Assembly (NCBI GenBank): GCA_039096225.1
Contig: JBBPEB010000029.1
Span: 434,001-498,000, forward strand
Direction of reading: 5' to 3'
DNA: 64,000 bases
DNA from: Blastocystis sp. Blastoise
Lineage: Eukaryota > Protista > Bigyra: Opalinata
Shown piece after piece: positions 61,093 to 64,000 of the stretch. The number at the start of each line of letters is the position of its first letter. Within the stretch, counting starts at the first letter, position 1. The position numbers were made by a program, and so were the translations under genes. The notes under the pieces are model-generated. The model was not told where the DNA came from, made no database searches, and saw nothing but the letters and a program-made list of their open reading frames with translations.

Positions 61093-61467
61093 GGGTCAAA
61101 AAAACACAAAATGTCCATAGTGTTTAAATGAAATGAACATTTTTTTTTGGTAAAAACGCAAAGAGTATATAAAGAAATAGAATATATTATTGATTATTCT
61201 TTAAGTTTTATTTTTGAATAGATATAATAATTTGATTTTTATAGTTATTACAAAAAAAATACTATTTTAGTATTATTTGTGTCAAGAATTGTTATATATT
61301 GTTCAATATATATATATAACGAAACAAATGTAAGAAAGATGGAATATATTATTTAAATGATATATAATAAAACATAGCTAACAGAATAATATAAAGTGGA
61401 TATAAATATGTATATAGATAAATACATATATAAACTTAATAATAATTATATATATATATATAGATAT

Positions 61468-62383
61468 TTATTCTTCATCATAAGCAGAATTAAGATTTTT
61501 CACGAGATGTTCTTCTCTTTCAATATCAATATATACATCTTGTTTGTCTGATTTTATATCATTATTAGAAGAAATAGTAATTGATTTATTATTAGCATCA
61601 GAAATAGAAGAAGTATTATTATTAATAGTATCATTATTTAGGTTAGTATCACCCAATATACTTGTTTCATGATGATTACTATCTAAAGAAGCCGTTTTTG
61701 TCTCTGGAATAGTATTCCCAAAATCACTAATCATTTCATTTTGTTCTTCATCAACTTGGGTTTTTAATTTCTTTATATAATCCGATAAAAATATATTATT
61801 AGGAATCAACTCAATAGCTATAATTATTAAAAGAATATTAGAATTAATTTTATTATATATATTATTTATTATTATATATATATATATACCTTTATTCATA
61901 TAAAGAAGAGATTCTTGTGGTTTCTCCAGTTTCTCCATTTCGATTCCTTTTTCAATATAAACACGTGCTTGAACTAAATCCACTGGGGGATTAATAATAG
62001 GTAAACTATATATATATAGAATTATTAATTATATTATATTTACTTATTATTCTCTAAATAGTTGTATATATATATATATATATATACGTTCCATTTTGAT
62101 CTTCCATTCGTTGTTCGATGACGCGTATCTTACGTATAGATTCGTCACTAAATACACGCTTTTCTGAAAGACGGGCACTATATATAATATATATATATAT
62201 TAATAATTATATTATTCTTTATAATAGATATATAAATAATTTATATTTAAATAGAAGATGAATAGAATTATATATATATATATATATGTACTCAATAGTG
62301 GAAGTAGGTAAATGTTGAATATATCTTTCTTCTGGAGATCTTAATAGAGACATCGACTTGCGGATAGATTGAAGATCAGTTCC

Positions 62384-62414
<31 letters not shown>

Positions 62415-62566
62415 ATGTAATATAAGAAGAATCAAAAGAATAATTATATTATTTATCATTTTCTCGACTCTAGTTTTTTAAATATACACATAAGAAACAT
62501 TAAAACAAAACATAAGAATTATATTATTAAAATGAACATAAATATAGAAAACTATAATAATTAAAA

Positions 62567-62598
<32 letters not shown>

Positions 62599-64000
62599 CC
62601 AGGTGTATTATTATTTGAAAGAGAAAGACGTGGAGGTGTTGTAATATCTTTTTTCGGTGTATTCCCGCGGGAATGAGGTGAGTCTATAGGAGCGGGAGAA
62701 GCGGAAGGAGTTGTATGAGGAGATGGTGGTGGCGGGATGAATAAGGGGGATTGGAGGGAAATAGTTGGAGTAATAGGATTCAGAGTGGGAGATACATCAG
62801 GAGAAACAAGAAGATCTGTGTTTTCTGTGGAAACCGTGGAAACCGTGGAAGCTTGTTGATGATTTGTAAGAATAGTTGAACTAGTTTTTTCTGTATTATT
62901 ATTATTCTTATTATTATCATTCTCTATATTATGATTATTATTATTAATATTATTATCATGATTATTATTAATAGCTTTATTCTTAGTATTATTATGATTT
63001 GTAGTAATAGTATTTATAATTTTATATGCGTTTTGAATCGATATTTGAGAAGGATGAGACAGAGAAGTATCCAATATATATAATATAGAGAGAATATAAG
63101 GTAAATGATGAATAGATAATGAAGGAGAAAGAAGACGAGTTAATTTACTTTCTCTATAAGATATTACTGTCTATATATATAGAATTATTTCTAAAGTAAT
63201 TCAATTATATAAATAATGATATATATATATATATATATACTTGTTTTCTTTTTAATTCGTCAAAAACTTTACTTAACGTAAATATAGATCTATATATATA
63301 TATATATATAATAGTAATTATATACTTATTCGTTTTTTGAGATTCTGGAACTATATATATATATATATATTAATAATAGTAAATATATACTTGATATATA
63401 TTTAATAGAATTTGTATCAATATAATTCATAACTAAATAGTATAACGTTGCAGGCATAGAATTTAAATGATCTTTTTCATATAACTATAAAATAATAATA
63501 TAATAATAAATATAATAAATAGAATAAATAGAATAATAATAATAAATATAATAATAATATAATAAATATAATATTTAGAATAAATATAAAATATAAAATA
63601 ATAAAAAATAAAATAATAATAAATAAAATAATAATAAATAGAATATATATATATAAATGTATAGCATAAATATAATGAGAGGCATCACATTTGCAATCCA
63701 TATCTCTGTTATACTTTATATTATTTGTAAATATAATCTCCTTTAGTTCTTCGATATCATCTATACTTGTAATCTCTTTCTATATATATAATAATAATAA
63801 ACATTTTGTTCTTAAATACTTAATGAAATCTTCTAACACTATTTTAACAAATAAAAAAATAAAACACAATGAACTATATACTTCTTTTGCTCCTTGATAG
63901 CTGCATCCATTTTCATTGATAAGTAAACTTATTTCACGATTTGGAGGTTCAATTAAACAAAATAACTTTTCATTATAAAGTTTTAATGCATTCATTTTCA
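61468..64000 (-). CDS. Divergent kinesin-like protein (5' part outside window) with C-terminal TPR-like helices
   Basis: Spliced reading LKLYNEKLFCLIEP..GAKE|KEITS..; ESQKTNK|SIFTLSKVFDEL..|ISYRESKLTRLL are kinesin motor motifs. C-terminal ARVYIEKGIEMEKLEKPQESLLYMNK|AIELIPNN. Confidence 0.8.

Larger units (their letters stand above)
52568..61122. mobile_element. 8555-bp putative non-autonomous CACTA/CMC-type (or Transib-like) DNA transposon
   Basis: Perfect 15-bp TIRs CACTATGGACATTTT (52568-52582) and AAAATGTCCATAGTG (61108-61122), flanked by TT on both sides. Subterminal repeats lie at both ends. The TIRs bracket the only long interval without recognisable genes. Confidence 0.75.

Overview
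Very AT-rich, gene-dense eukaryotic DNA with many short GT-AG introns made largely of (AT)n/(AAT)n microsatellite. The gene families and TGTTT(T)GTT-like 3' motifs suggest a low-GC Blastocystis-like stramenopile (inference). Reading across introns by eye gives 17 protein genes: OST3/OST6, RNF5-like, Bfr1-like, RPA43, two BTB-TLDc paralogues, RBBP4/MSI1, RPS24, LIN9, mitochondrial L32, CIAO1, RNF10, an intronless vWA-like gene, two BTB-like/LRR-like genes, CSE1 and a very large secreted surface protein. There is also a partial kinesin-like gene with degenerate switch motifs. Most short ORFs in the track are intron microsatellite artefacts. The most unusual part is an 8.55 kb interval (52568-61122) bounded by 15-bp CACTATGG inverted repeats with no visible transposase. 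It contains a multi-exon minus-strand unit with no long ORF, a ~3.8 kb polypurine/polypyrimidine tract, and a fully paired, non-canonical tRNA-like cloverleaf right at the end of that tract. A GC-rich 274-bp palindrome with hAT-like ends lies at 23584-23857. All family calls come from motif recognition, not database searches.
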